From an uncultured Methanoregulaceae archaeon (GTDB lineage: Archaea > Halobacteriota > Methanomicrobia > Methanomicrobiales > Methanospirillaceae), in the NCBI GenBank assembly GCA_963701095.1, contig OY969564.1, forward strand, positions 704,001 through 768,000: a stretch of 64,000 nucleotides of DNA, written 5' to 3'. The translations under genes and the position numbers were made by a program. This document shows positions 1 through 11,609 of this stretch, piece after piece (the stretch's first letter is position 1; each line of letters begins with the position of its first letter). The notes under the pieces were generated by a model. The model saw only the letters and a list, made by a program, of their open reading frames with translations. It was not told the origin of the DNA and did not search any database.

Positions 1-171
1 GTCCATCGGGAACAACGTGGCGGGATCACTGACCTTTAGTTTTTTGTACACTTGGCTCAACTTATTTTCCGCCTTCGGCGGCGGGGCGATACTTGACTTC
101 AGGTATTTTTTAAAGCGTAACGTACGAAAGTCATTTTTCGGCGGATGCTTTCCAAATCTGAATTGCGTCAT
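1..171 (-). CDS. 5' part of a hypothetical protein running off the window edge (MTQFRFGKHPPKNDFRTLRFKKYL...LFPMD)
   Basis: ATG at 171 with a GGAGGAG RBS at 174-180 on the minus strand; frame is open to position 1; not in the ORF track. Confidence 0.7.
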   Translation of the reverse strand, partial: MTQFRFGKHPPKNDFRTLRFKKYLKSSIAPPPKAENKLSQVYKKLKVSDPATLFPMD

Positions 172-484
172 AACTCCTCCACATATCCAAAAGGTTTGAC
201 CATATGACATCTGATTTGCTCATGGCCGCTTTTGGATAGCAGATCCATTTAATTTTCTATATATTATAATTTTGTATAATGCCATTTTAATTATCTTGAA
301 CACAGTCCTGGAGTTCCTCATTTTTCCGGGGACAATAAATAGTGTATTTTTTCCTTACTTCAGGGTAAGAGTGTACTTTTGATTGACATATTTCACGATT
401 TAGATTGCTCTGTTTTTCCTGTGTGTCGTCTGATAAAAAGAGATATTATTTATAAAATTATGCTGAAACTAAAAGTTATATTAA

Positions 485-3400
485 ATGTTTAACATCCTCT
501 ATGTCGATGATGACCCTGCTTTGCTTGAGATGGGAAAACAATATCTTGAACGAAGTGGGCAATTCAGGATTGATACTATTGAATCAGCACTACGTGCACT
601 AACACTCCTGAAATCAAAAACGTATGATTCCATCGTCGCCGATTACCAGATGCCCGGGATGGATGGTATTGAATTTTTAAAGAAAATCAGGACTTCAGGA
701 AATACTATTCCCTTCATCCTGTTCACCGGCAGGGGGCGTGAAGAGATTGTTATCCAGGCTTTAAATGAAGGAGCGAATTTTTATCTCCAGAAAGGTGGCG
801 ACCCCAAAGCGCTATTTGCAGAACTGACCCATAAGATCCAAATTGCAGTAGACCATCATCGGGATTCAGAAAAGCTTCAGGCACTCCACAGGTTGTACTC
901 GGTAATTTCTGCTACCAACAAGGCGATTGTTCATCTTCGGACAAGAGATGAGTTTTTTTCCGAGATCTTCCGGATTCTCGTAGAAACCGGGGGATTTCGC
1001 ATGGTATGGATCGGTCTTGTTGATGAGGAACACAAGATCATCCGGCCTGTTGCTTCCGCCGGCTATGTCGACGGGTATCTTGATACAGTAAATATTTCTA
1101 CCGAAAATATTCTCCGTGGGCGCGGGGCAATTGGCACTGCATACCGGGAAGGGAGAAATTATGTTTGTAATGATATCTCCCGCGATCCTCGCATGGAGCT
1201 GTGGCATGAAGATGCTTTGAAACGTGGCTATCAGGGAATTGCCGCATTCCCCTTTGCTCTTGGTACCAAAAACGTCGGGGTTCTTGCATTATATGCCCCG
1301 GTTACCGGATTTTTTGATGAACAGATTGTAAATCTTCTGGATGAGTTAGCGTGTGATATTTCGTTTGCCCTCAGGACAATTGATGATCAAAATGAACGGG
1401 CTGCCGCTGAATCTGCATTACAGGAAAGCGAAGAGAAGTTCCGGGGCATCTTTGATTTCATAAATGATGGTATCGAGATTCATGAGTTTCTTTCCGACGG
1501 AACTCTGGGTAAATACATTGAAGTCAACGATGTTGCATGCAAGATGGTGCAGTACACCCGAAAAGAACTGTTGCAACGGGCACCTTCCGATATAACCACC
1601 GCATACCACAGCCGGCCGATTGGCGAGATTTTGAATGAATTATCCAGGACCGGCCACGCGATATTCGAGACAGAGCACCGAAAAAAAGATGGGACCATCT
1701 TTCCGGTTGAGATCAACGCTCACGTCAGCTATCTCCAGGGGAAACGAGTGGCGATATCTGTGGTCAGGGATATCTCTGAAAGGATCCGGACTGCGCATGA
1801 ATTGAGCCAGAAAAACCTGAACCTTTCCATCATCAACGAACTCGAGCGGGAATTTTCCGCGCTGCCTTATGGAAAACAGGTCGAAGAGCTGGCAATAAAA
1901 AGGCTTTTATCATTGACCGGGGCTGTCGTAACCGTATTTTCGAAGTATTATCCGGGTGAACAGGTACTCAGGACCACCGCGATCGAGTTCGGCCCGGGAA
2001 TACTGGAAAGTCTGCCGGGAGCATGGGAGAAATGTACTGCATTACTGGGTTCGAAACCCGGAGAGTTCCAGATTCCGCTCAGCAGGGAGGCGTACCAGGA
2101 TGTGAACAGGAGCATCGTTGGAAAGAAAAATACCCTGACTGATATCAGTTACGGAAAGATCACGCCATTGGTCAGTGCGACTATCCAGAAATTATCAGGT
2201 ATCGATCGTTTTTTCCATATCGCGCATGTCATTGATGGTAAAGTATATGGGACATCGGTTATCGGACTAAGGCCTGACCGCCCCGATCCGCCTCAGGATC
2301 TTATGGAGTCGTATGCACACCTGGTCGCGGTATCGTTGCGACGGCAGCAGGCAGAAGCAGCGCTCCGGGAGAGTGAAAAATTTAACAGAAATCTCGTTGA
2401 ACATCTGCCCGATTTTGTCCTTATTTATGGTAAGGATGGAAAGATCCTGTATGCAAATCCGGCCTCAGCCGGAGCCTTGGGATATGATGCACAGAAACTC
2501 ATTGGTACTCCTGTAATTTCGTATGTTGTTGAAAGTTATCGCGATAAGACGATGGAGAACCTATCATTACGACAGAATTATGGTACTGCTCCCAATTACG
2601 AGATCGAAATTGTCAATCACAACGGGCTCAAAAAACGGGTAATCGTGAGAGGCACCCCTATCCAGTATAATGATGTCGCAGCCACGCTTCTTGTTCTTGT
2701 TGACGTCACTGAACGCAGCGTAGCTGAGAAAGCCCTCAAAGAAAGCGAGCAGCGAATGAGTGCAATCTTCAATTCAGCACGGGTCGGTATCATCCTTATA
2801 GATGCAGTATCGCACAAGATACTCCAGGTAAATTCTGAAGCCCTGAACCTTATAGGAGCATCAGAAAAGGATGTAATCGGGGTTGTCTGCCATACCTTCA
2901 TATGCCCGGCAGAGCAGGGAACGTGCCCGGCCGCCGATTTCGGCCAAAGCGGTACCTCTTCTGAGGGCACACTCACGCGGAAGGACGGGTCTGTTTTACC
3001 CATTATCAAAACAGTGGTTCCCGTGGAGATTGGGGATAAAAAAGTCTTTATAGAGTCATTCGTTGACATTAGCAAGCGCAAACATGCTGAGGATTCACTC
3101 CGGCTGGCAAATAAGAAACTCTCACTCCTTACCAATATCACCCGTCATGACATTAACAACCAGCTTACCGGTTTGAATGGTTTTGTTGAGTTGCTTCACG
3201 AGAGGATCAATGATCCGGCTCTTGAAAATTATTTTACCTGGATCACGCAGGCGAGTAATCGTATTTCCTCGACAATCCAATTTACAAAAGAATATAGTGG
3301 CGTTGGAGAATCTGCTCCTGCATGGCAGGATATACGTTCTCTTGTGGATATCGTATCAACGCAGGTCCAGCTTAAGGGAGTCACCGTTATAAATGACATT

Positions 3401-3745
3401 CCCGCGGGGATTAAGGTTTTTTCCGATCCGCTGATTATCAAAGTCTTTTACAACCTTATAGAAAATGCCGTCCGGTATGGTGGCAAAAAGATAACAACGA
3501 TCCGGATTTATCCACGGAAATCTGAAGGCGTGTTGGTCATCTTCGTTGAGGATGACGGCGATGGTGTACCTTCCGGGGAAAAGGAGAAGATCTTCGATTG
3601 GGGCTTTGGGAAAAACACCGGTCTTGGGTTGGCCCTTTCGCGGGAAATTCTTGATATTACCGGAATCACGATACAAGAGAATGGTGAACGCCATGCGGGT
3701 GCCCGTTTCGAGATCCGGATCCCGACGGGATACTGGGCGGTTTGA
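485..3745 (+). CDS. Hybrid sensor histidine kinase, REC-GAF-PAS(n)-HisKA-HATPase
   Basis: REC (ILYVDDD, DYQMPGMDG), GAF, several PAS domains, H-box TRHDINNQL, N-box NLIENA, G-boxes DDGDG and GLGL. Confidence 0.95.
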   Translation: MFNILYVDDDPALLEMGKQYLERSGQFRIDTIESALRALTLLKSKTYDSIVADYQMPGMDGIEFLKKIRTSGNTIPFILFTGRGREEIVIQALNEGANFYLQKGGDPKALFAELTHKIQIAVDHHRDSEKLQALHRLYSVISATNKAIVHLRTRDEFFSEIFRILVETGGFRMVWIGLVDEEHKIIRPVASAGYVDGYLDTVNISTENILRGRGAIGTAYREGRNYVCNDISRDPRMELWHEDALKRGYQGIAAFPFALGTKNVGVLALYAPVTGFFDEQIVNLLDELACDISFALRTIDDQNERAAAESALQESEEKFRGIFDFINDGIEIHEFLSDGTLGKYIEVNDVACKMVQYTRKELLQRAPSDITTAYHSRPIGEILNELSRTGHAIFETEHRKKDGTIFPVEINAHVSYLQGKRVAISVVRDISERIRTAHELSQKNLNLSIINELEREFSALPYGKQVEELAIKRLLSLTGAVVTVFSKYYPGEQVLRTTAIEFGPGILESLPGAWEKCTALLGSKPGEFQIPLSREAYQDVNRSIVGKKNTLTDISYGKITPLVSATIQKLSGIDRFFHIAHVIDGKVYGTSVIGLRPDRPDPPQDLMESYAHLVAVSLRRQQAEAALRESEKFNRNLVEHLPDFVLIYGKDGKILYANPASAGALGYDAQKLIGTPVISYVVESYRDKTMENLSLRQNYGTAPNYEIEIVNHNGLKKRVIVRGTPIQYNDVAATLLVLVDVTERSVAEKALKESEQRMSAIFNSARVGIILIDAVSHKILQVNSEALNLIGASEKDVIGVVCHTFICPAEQGTCPAADFGQSGTSSEGTLTRKDGSVLPIIKTVVPVEIGDKKVFIESFVDISKRKHAEDSLRLANKKLSLLTNITRHDINNQLTGLNGFVELLHERINDPALENYFTWITQASNRISSTIQFTKEYSGVGESAPAWQDIRSLVDIVSTQVQLKGVTVINDIPAGIKVFSDPLIIKVFYNLIENAVRYGGKKITTIRIYPRKSEGVLVIFVEDDGDGVPSGEKEKIFDWGFGKNTGLGLALSREILDITGITIQENGERHAGARFEIRIPTGYWAV

Positions 3746-3961
3746 CGACCGGGGCAGGAAGGAACACGTTCAGACAAAAATATCGCCTGCGTCCATTATC
3801 GTTTTCTCATCGAAATTGCCATACGTTCCCGTTTCCGTTGGATTGTTACCGGACTATTCGTCCATGGCGTGGGAAGAAAGCGCCTTCATTGTATACCCCG
3901 GCGAAAAAGGCAAGATATAATATGAATCTCGATCAATACCATCAAACTTAACTTTGTCTCG

Positions 3962-6900
3962 ATGTATCGCATTCTCTACGTTGATGATGAGCCAAGCCTT
4001 CTGGAGATTGGCAAAATTTTCCTAGAGCGGAGCGGAGAATTAAGCGTTGATACTGTTTTCTCCACACCGGATGCATTTACGCTACTGAATTCGAAAAATT
4101 TCGATGCCATTGTCTCTGATTACCAGATGCCAGATATGGATGGCATCGAATTTTTGAAGAAGGTGCGATCTTCAGGAAATAGTATACCGTTTATCCTTTT
4201 TACCGGAAGAGGGCGTGAAGAAGTTGTTATACAGGCATTAAATGAAGGCGCAGACTCCTACATCCAGAAAGGAGGAGATCCAACATCGCAGTTTGCCGAG
4301 CTTGAACACAAGATCCGCCAAGCGATCAAAAAGCAAAGAGCAGAGATCGCCCTTTCGGATTCGGAGCAACGTCTGGCAGATATCATCAATTTCCTCCCTG
4401 ATGCAACCTTAGCTATTGATACCAAGGGTAAGGTGATTGCGTGGAACAGTGCAATCGAAGAGATGACAGGAGTTGCATCAACAGTGATGCTCGGTAAAGG
4501 GAACTTCGAGTACGCATTGCCATTCTACGGGAAACGGCGTCCCTTATTGCTCGACCTGATCTTCGAACCGGACCCAAAGATTGCAGAATATTACACAAAT
4601 ATACTGCGGAACGGTAATACGCTCTCGGCAGAGACCAATCTCCCACACCCGAAAGGGCATCAGATCTGGGTTCTCACTAAAGTGAGCCCTCTTTACAATC
4701 GACAGGGTGATATAATCGGGGCAATCGAGGCGATACGGGACGTTACCGACAGGAAAAAGGCCAACGACGAACTCAGAGCTGCAAATGAGCGGCTTTGTGC
4801 CTCTGAAGAGGAGCTCAGGTCACAATATGACGAGCTTGCACAGAGCGAACGTCAAATCCGGGAGAGCGAGGAACGGTACAGGAACGTAGTCGAGGACCAG
4901 ACCGAATTTATCTCCCGGTTTTTACCGGACGGTACCCATGTCTTTGTCAATGAAGCATACTGTCGGTATTTTGGACTGGAACGAGATAAGATTCTCGGGC
5001 ACAAATTCCGGCCAAAAATCCCTGTTGAAGATAAGGAGCGTGTGAGGCAGTTCTTTACATCTTTGACACCGAACCATCCTGTTAGCGAGATCAGGCACCG
5101 TATTATCATGTCGGATGGGAAAGTCAGATGGCAGCGATGGAGTGATCGGGCTATTTTCGATCCTGCCGGAACCGTTCTTGAATATCAATCTGTTGGCAGG
5201 GATATCGACGACATAAAAAAAGCGGAAGAATCACTTTCAGAGAGTGAAGAGAAATTCCGGTGTATCTTCGATACGATAAATGATGGAATCCAGATTCACG
5301 AGTTTCTTTCTGATGGAACACTGGGAAAATTCATCGAAATCAACGAAGTTGCCTGCAAGATGGTGCAATACACCCGAGAAGAACTGTTACAACGCGCACC
5401 CCCCGATATAACCACCGCATATCACAGCCGACCGCTGATACAGATTTTGAATGAATTATCTACATCTGGCCATGCAATATTCGAAACAGAGCACCGAAGA
5501 AAGGATGGGACAATAGTCCCGGTCGAGATTAATGTTCACGTCAGCTATCTCCAGGGGAAACGAGTGGCAATATCCGTGGTCAGGGATATCACTGAACGGA
5601 AACGGACAGACGATGAATTGCACCAAAAAAATCTGAATCTTTCCGTCATTAATGAACTGGAGCGAGAATTTGCCGAACTGCCTTCCGGGAAACGAGTCGA
5701 GGAGCTGGCAGAAAAAAAGCTTCTGGAACTCTCCGGTGCTGTGGTTGCGGTATTCTTACTCTATGATCCGGTTGAGCGGATGCTTAAGCCAACGGTTTTT
5801 GACTATGCGCCGGGGATACGGGAACGGTTACCAGGTGCCCTGAAGAAATTGATCCAGATACTGGGGAAGGACCCGAAAGATATCAAGATCCCGGTCAGCG
5901 AGAAAATGTTCCTTGATATGAATTCAAGCATCATCGGGATAAAGAAGACGATTACCGAGTTAACATACGGACAGGTCCGGCCCTTTGTCAGCATGAGTCT
6001 TCACAAGTTGTCTGGTATCGACCGATTCATCCACGTCGCGCATATTCTTGATGGTGAGTTGTATGGCGTATCAGTGATCGGGCTGAGAATTGACCGGCCG
6101 GATACATCACATGACCTTCTTGAATCGTTTGCACACATAGTCGCAGTATCATTGCGCAGGCAGCAGGCAGAGGAAACTCTGAAGGAAAGTGAAAGGAAGT
6201 TCAGGGCTCTCGTGGATCAATCCCTTGACGGCATTATAATTGTGGATTTCAAAGGAAGAATCTTGTTCTCAAATAAATCCGCAAAAAAATTTTACGGATA
6301 TGACAAGGACATTCTAGGAGGGGTAAACGTCCTTGATATTGTAGCTCCGGAATGCCGGATACCTGCGGTGAAGGATTTTGAACGTGTTGCAGCCGGTGAG
6401 GATGGTTATCTCGTAAGTTACAGAATCCTAAATAAGGAAAACAAGGAGATGTGGATCGAATGCATTGGGAAAAAAATTTCCTTTGAAGGCAAACCCGCCC
6501 TGTTATTAGCCATTCGTGATATCACTGACCGCAAAAAAACAGACGAAGAGCTTTTTAAGTCCCGGCAGATGCTCCAATTGGTCTTGGACACTATTCCGCA
6601 GAGAGTTTTCTGGAAAGGCCTGAACTCCGTCTATCTCGGTTGCAACAAACCTCTCGCCATTGATTGCGGGTACTCCGATCCCGGTGAGCTGGTAGGCAAG
6701 ACCGATTATGAGACCGCCTCCGCAGAAACCGCAGATCTCTACCGTGCCGATGACCAGCAGGTTATGAAAACAGGTCAGCCAAAACTCAATTATGAAGAAA
6801 TGCAGATTAAACCGGACGGAACCCATGCGTGGCTAAGGACAGTCAAGGTCCCCCTGCGAGACAAAGAAGACCAGATTATTGGAGTGCTGGGAACGTACGA

Positions 6901-7603
6901 AGATATCACCGAGCGTAAGTATGCAGAAGAGGCACTACGGCAGGCAAACAGGAAGCTGAATCTTCTCTCCGGTGTCACCCGGCATGATATCAAGAACCAG
7001 CTCATGGCACTCCAGGGATATCTTGAAATTTCCAAGGAGACCCTAGGGGACGCGGTCAGGACAGCAGAGTTCATTGAGAAAGAGAATACTATCGCAAGGA
7101 CAATCTCCCGCCAGATCAGTTTCACGAAGGATTACGAGGATCTGGGTGTGAAGGCTCCTGTATGGCAGAAAGTCTCAGTGCTGGTACCAAGAATCATCAC
7201 CGGACTCCCTATGAGGGGTATCCGGATGGATATTATTGATTCGACCTTTGAGATCTTTGCAGATCCGCTCCTCGAAAAAGTATTCTATAACCTAATTGAG
7301 AACGCTCTCCGGTACGGAGGAGAAAAAATGACCGCGATTCGAATCCTCAGCCGAGAGACCCGTGAGAATTTAGTTATCGTTGTTGAGGACAATGGCGTAG
7401 GTATAAAGGCGGACGGCAAGGAGCGCCTATTCGAAAAAGGATTTGGGAAAAATACCGGTCTTGGTCTCTTCTTTTCCAAGGAGATCCTATCAATTACCGG
7501 CATTACTATTACTGAAACTGGCGAGCCGGGCAACGGAGCCCGGTTTGAGATTACCGTACCGAAAGGGGCGTACCGCTTTGCCGATCCAAAAATGAATAAA
7601 TAA
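3962..7603 (+). CDS. Hybrid sensor histidine kinase, REC-PAS(n)-HisKA-HATPase
   Basis: REC DYQMPDMDG, multiple PAS domains, TRHDIKNQL, NLIENA, DNGVG, GLGL. Confidence 0.95.
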   Translation: MYRILYVDDEPSLLEIGKIFLERSGELSVDTVFSTPDAFTLLNSKNFDAIVSDYQMPDMDGIEFLKKVRSSGNSIPFILFTGRGREEVVIQALNEGADSYIQKGGDPTSQFAELEHKIRQAIKKQRAEIALSDSEQRLADIINFLPDATLAIDTKGKVIAWNSAIEEMTGVASTVMLGKGNFEYALPFYGKRRPLLLDLIFEPDPKIAEYYTNILRNGNTLSAETNLPHPKGHQIWVLTKVSPLYNRQGDIIGAIEAIRDVTDRKKANDELRAANERLCASEEELRSQYDELAQSERQIRESEERYRNVVEDQTEFISRFLPDGTHVFVNEAYCRYFGLERDKILGHKFRPKIPVEDKERVRQFFTSLTPNHPVSEIRHRIIMSDGKVRWQRWSDRAIFDPAGTVLEYQSVGRDIDDIKKAEESLSESEEKFRCIFDTINDGIQIHEFLSDGTLGKFIEINEVACKMVQYTREELLQRAPPDITTAYHSRPLIQILNELSTSGHAIFETEHRRKDGTIVPVEINVHVSYLQGKRVAISVVRDITERKRTDDELHQKNLNLSVINELEREFAELPSGKRVEELAEKKLLELSGAVVAVFLLYDPVERMLKPTVFDYAPGIRERLPGALKKLIQILGKDPKDIKIPVSEKMFLDMNSSIIGIKKTITELTYGQVRPFVSMSLHKLSGIDRFIHVAHILDGELYGVSVIGLRIDRPDTSHDLLESFAHIVAVSLRRQQAEETLKESERKFRALVDQSLDGIIIVDFKGRILFSNKSAKKFYGYDKDILGGVNVLDIVAPECRIPAVKDFERVAAGEDGYLVSYRILNKENKEMWIECIGKKISFEGKPALLLAIRDITDRKKTDEELFKSRQMLQLVLDTIPQRVFWKGLNSVYLGCNKPLAIDCGYSDPGELVGKTDYETASAETADLYRADDQQVMKTGQPKLNYEEMQIKPDGTHAWLRTVKVPLRDKEDQIIGVLGTYEDITERKYAEEALRQANRKLNLLSGVTRHDIKNQLMALQGYLEISKETLGDAVRTAEFIEKENTIARTISRQISFTKDYEDLGVKAPVWQKVSVLVPRIITGLPMRGIRMDIIDSTFEIFADPLLEKVFYNLIENALRYGGEKMTAIRILSRETRENLVIVVEDNGVGIKADGKERLFEKGFGKNTGLGLFFSKEILSITGITITETGEPGNGARFEITVPKGAYRFADPKMNK

Positions 7604-7946
7604 TCGGGCTCATTTGCTGATCAACAATGGAATGAGCTATAAAAATTGCCATAATCGCAACTTCACACGTAATTAGTGTCTTTAAAATTGTTCGCGTATT
7701 CTCAAAGTCTAGATTAGGAAATACCATTGAATAGGGAGGAACGTTTCTGAAAATCGGGCATTGTATACAGGGGAGTTTTACGGGGTCTTATCTGAATATG
7801 AATTCGACAAAATCGCAAGGAAACAAGAGGGATTTGAAAAAGCATGACGGATCAAAGCCCAGAACAAAAAATCAGTGCATGAAAACCCTGTTTACAAATC
7901 TTTAATGGGAGAAGACAGGTATAGTATTGATCAAGGAAGACGGCAT

Positions 7947-10900
7947 TTGTTCACTATCCTTTATGTCGATGATGAAGCCACGTTGCTCGAAATCGGCAAA
8001 CTCTTTTTAGAGAGCGGCGGGCAGTTTTCTGTCGACACTATTACCTCAGCATCAGCAGCACTTGCAGTGATGGATACAAAATCCTACGATGCCATCATTG
8101 CAGACTACCAAATGCCGGAAATGGATGGCATTGAATTCTTAAAGAAGGTAAGAACTTCGGGAAATACTATCCCGTTTATCCTTTTTACCGGACGCGGACG
8201 TGAAGAAATAGTTATCCAGGCTTTAAATGAAGGGGCCGATTTTTACCTCCAGAAAGGAGGGGAACCAAAAAGCCAGTTCGTCGAACTGAGTCATAAAATA
8301 ATAACGGCGATTGAGCGAAAACGTGCACTTGCTGCCTTGAATAAGGAAGATTACGGACTCAAGACGCTGGTATCTTTTTACGAGATGACATCCGGCCCAT
8401 TAAAAGATTTGATGATCTTTGCCGTAGAACAGGCAGTTAAAATCACGGCAAGCACCATTGGGTATCTTGCATTTGTTTCAGATGACGAGTCCGTCCTTAC
8501 TATGTACGCGTGGTCTTCGGAGGCAATGAAAGAATGCCATATCCACCGAAAACCCATCGAATATCCGATTACCACAACAGGGTTATGGGGGGAAGCAGTC
8601 CGCCAACGTCGTCCCGTCATTACCAATGATTATGCCGCCAAAAATCCCCTGAAAAAAGGGTACCCGAAAGGGCATGTCCCCATCAAACGGCATATGAATA
8701 TCCCGGTTTTTGACGGTTCCCATATCGTAATGGTTGCCGGCGTAGGAAACAAACCTTCTGATTATGATGAAACAGATGTCCACGAACTTTCCGTTCTGAT
8801 GAGCGGGTTATGGAATGTCATTAAACAAAGAAGAGGAGAAGAGGAACTCTTAAAGAAAAACGAGGACCTCAATGCTTCCAATGAACAGCTTGTGGCGGCC
8901 GAAGAAGAACTTCGTTCGCAGTATGATGCGCTTGCAAAAAATGAAACCTTACTCCGCACAAGCGAAGAAAAGATCCGGGAATCTGAAGAGTTCCTTCGCA
9001 GGGTAATCACCGGGGCAAAAGAAGGCATCATCGTCTATGACCAGGAGTTACGGATCAAGCTCTGGAACCGGTTTATGGAAGATTTAACCGGCATAGATGC
9101 GGCGGATGTAGTGGGTAAAAACGCGCTCGATTTGTTTCCTTTTCACAAGACGCTTGGGAACGATATCCTGATGATGAAGGCTCTGGAGGGCCTCACTGAG
9201 GAATCGCGTGATTTTGAGTTCGTCATCCCATCCTCCGGCAAAAGAGGTTGGGTGAAAAGTGTTTTTTCCCCTAACTACGACATCCATGGTACCATTATCG
9301 GTGTAATCGGGCTTGTCCGGGACATCACTGAACGCAAAAAAATCGAGGCAGCTCTTCAGAAGAGTTGGCAACAGTACCGGGAAGTTATCGAAGATCAGAC
9401 TGAGTTCATCTGCCGGTTCCGCCCGGATAGCACGATTGTTTTTGTCAATGATGCCTACTGCCGGTATTTCGGTATGAACCGTCACGAGATCCTTGGCCAC
9501 CGGTTCCGGGCAAAAATCCCACCTGAAGACCGGGAGCGCGTAAACCGGTTCTTCGCTTCATTAACTCCGGACCATCCTGTTGATACTATAGAGCAACGGA
9601 TCATAATGCCGGATGGAAGCATACGGTGGCAACAGTGGAGCGACCGGGCGATCTTCGATTCTTCAGGAACGGTCACTGAATACCAGTCGGTGGGCCGGGA
9701 CATCACGGAGAAAAAAGAGGCCGATGAGGCGGTGCAGACATCACTCCGGCAGTTAAATACCCTTGTCTCCGGACTGAACGCCGGCGTGATAATGATTTCA
9801 GAAAACAATAGAGTTGTTCAGGTAAATCAGGCATTGTGCGATATTTACGATCTGCCCGAGACACCTGAACAGTTGTCCGGGTTGACGGCTCAGGCATTGA
9901 TTGAAAAAATCATGGGTTCCTATGTTTCTCCTCATGAAGCACGTGCTCGCATCCAGAAAATTGCCAGGGAGGATAAAACCGTCATCGGTTATGAAGTTAC
10001 CCTGCGGAACGGGCGCACTGTCCTGATAGATTATATTCCCATAATTGATCCAAAAGGGCAAAAACGAGGTCGGATATGGCATATTCAGGATGTTACCCCA
10101 CATAAACGGGAAGAGGGAGCACGGTTTGAAAACGAACAGCGCCTGAATTCCATTTATAATACTGTCGTTGACAGCATTTTTCAACTGGCCCTTGAACCTG
10201 GGGGGCGGTACCGGTTTACTTCTGTCAACCAGGCCTTTTGTAAAATCACCGGATTATCCTATGAAAGCATTATCGGAAAGACGGTAAATGAGATCATACC
10301 CGAGCCGTCTTTAACAAAGGTTCTGGTAAAATACCGGCAGGCTATCGAAGAAAAGATCATTGTTCGTTGGGAAGAAATCTCACATTATCCTACCGGGGAG
10401 CTGATAGGCGATGTCAGTATTGCGCCTATCTTTGATAAGGAAGGTATCTGTACCCACCTGATCGGCTCCGTTCATGATATCACCAGCTTTAAGCGAACAG
10501 AGGAAGCTTTACGAGAAAGCGAGGGGAAATTCCGGGGCATTTTTGACATGATAAATGACGGAATCCACATCCATGATATGGATCCGGAGGGAAAACCCGG
10601 GAAATTTTTTGATGTCAACGAGGTTGCCTGCCAGATGCTGCAATATACCCACGAAGAAATGCTTGAACTCGGGCCCTTTGATATCGTTACTGAATATCAC
10701 AGCCGGCAACTCGATGAGATCCTCTGTGAATTATCCACAACCGGCCATGCAATCTTCGAAACCGAGCACCGGAGAAAAGATGGGACAGTTGTTCCCGTCG
10801 AGATCAATGTCCATATCGGTTATATTCAGGGAAAACGAATGGGAATATCCGTTGTCAGGGATATTACAGAGCACAAGCAGATAGAAGAAACCCTTTACCA

Positions 10901-11543
10901 GACAAACCGGAAACTCAGTCTCCTGTCTGGCATCACCCGTCATGATATCAACAACCAGTTGCTGATTCTGCAAAGCTATCTGGCGTTACTGGAAAAAAAT
11001 CGATCCGAAGTCGAATTTAAGGAGTTTTTACTTAAAGCCGTAAACAGTGCAACGCGTATTGCAGCAAATGTCAGGTTTGCCAAGGAATATGAATCGATTA
11101 TTATCGAGATTCCGGTATGGCAGGAGTGCCGCACACTTGTTGACGCGGCGGCAAAGAAAATCACTCTGGGAAAAGTCGCAGTAATCAACGATATTCCCCC
11201 CGGAACAGAAATGTTTTCCGACCCTATGGTTGAGAAGATCTTCTATAACCTGATCGATAATGCACTAAGGCATGGTGGCGGAAAGTTAACCCATATCCGG
11301 TTCTTCTCTGAAGAAACGGATGCCGGACTGCTGCTTGTTTGTGAAGACGACGGCGTGGGAATCAGCCGGGAGGATAAAAAACGTCTCTTCGAACGAGGGT
11401 TTGGAAAAAATACCGGTATGGGTCTTTTCCTTTCCCGCGAGATCCTGTCAATCACCGGTATTACGATTCAGGAATGTGGACAGCCAGGAACCGGAGCACG
11501 ATTCGAGATTACCGTACCGAAAGGTAAGTGGCGACGTTGCTGA
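7947..11543 (+). CDS. Hybrid sensor histidine kinase, REC-GAF-PAS(n)-HisKA-HATPase
   Basis: ORF is open from 7875, but TTG 7947 aligns with paralog starts (FTILYVDDE); TRHDINNQL, NLIDNA, DDGVG, GMGL. Confidence 0.93.
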   Translation: MFTILYVDDEATLLEIGKLFLESGGQFSVDTITSASAALAVMDTKSYDAIIADYQMPEMDGIEFLKKVRTSGNTIPFILFTGRGREEIVIQALNEGADFYLQKGGEPKSQFVELSHKIITAIERKRALAALNKEDYGLKTLVSFYEMTSGPLKDLMIFAVEQAVKITASTIGYLAFVSDDESVLTMYAWSSEAMKECHIHRKPIEYPITTTGLWGEAVRQRRPVITNDYAAKNPLKKGYPKGHVPIKRHMNIPVFDGSHIVMVAGVGNKPSDYDETDVHELSVLMSGLWNVIKQRRGEEELLKKNEDLNASNEQLVAAEEELRSQYDALAKNETLLRTSEEKIRESEEFLRRVITGAKEGIIVYDQELRIKLWNRFMEDLTGIDAADVVGKNALDLFPFHKTLGNDILMMKALEGLTEESRDFEFVIPSSGKRGWVKSVFSPNYDIHGTIIGVIGLVRDITERKKIEAALQKSWQQYREVIEDQTEFICRFRPDSTIVFVNDAYCRYFGMNRHEILGHRFRAKIPPEDRERVNRFFASLTPDHPVDTIEQRIIMPDGSIRWQQWSDRAIFDSSGTVTEYQSVGRDITEKKEADEAVQTSLRQLNTLVSGLNAGVIMISENNRVVQVNQALCDIYDLPETPEQLSGLTAQALIEKIMGSYVSPHEARARIQKIAREDKTVIGYEVTLRNGRTVLIDYIPIIDPKGQKRGRIWHIQDVTPHKREEGARFENEQRLNSIYNTVVDSIFQLALEPGGRYRFTSVNQAFCKITGLSYESIIGKTVNEIIPEPSLTKVLVKYRQAIEEKIIVRWEEISHYPTGELIGDVSIAPIFDKEGICTHLIGSVHDITSFKRTEEALRESEGKFRGIFDMINDGIHIHDMDPEGKPGKFFDVNEVACQMLQYTHEEMLELGPFDIVTEYHSRQLDEILCELSTTGHAIFETEHRRKDGTVVPVEINVHIGYIQGKRMGISVVRDITEHKQIEETLYQTNRKLSLLSGITRHDINNQLLILQSYLALLEKNRSEVEFKEFLLKAVNSATRIAANVRFAKEYESIIIEIPVWQECRTLVDAAAKKITLGKVAVINDIPPGTEMFSDPMVEKIFYNLIDNALRHGGGKLTHIRFFSEETDAGLLLVCEDDGVGISREDKKRLFERGFGKNTGMGLFLSREILSITGITIQECGQPGTGARFEITVPKGKWRRC

Positions 11544-11609
11544 TCGATATACAGAGAATGAACATCTGGCAGAAGAGGATCAAAAAAGTCCAGAAAATGA
11601 ATAAATCCA

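Noticed and set aside
3746..3900. Minus-strand TETGTYG resembling a kinase C-terminus
   Set aside because: Match too short to call a pseudogene
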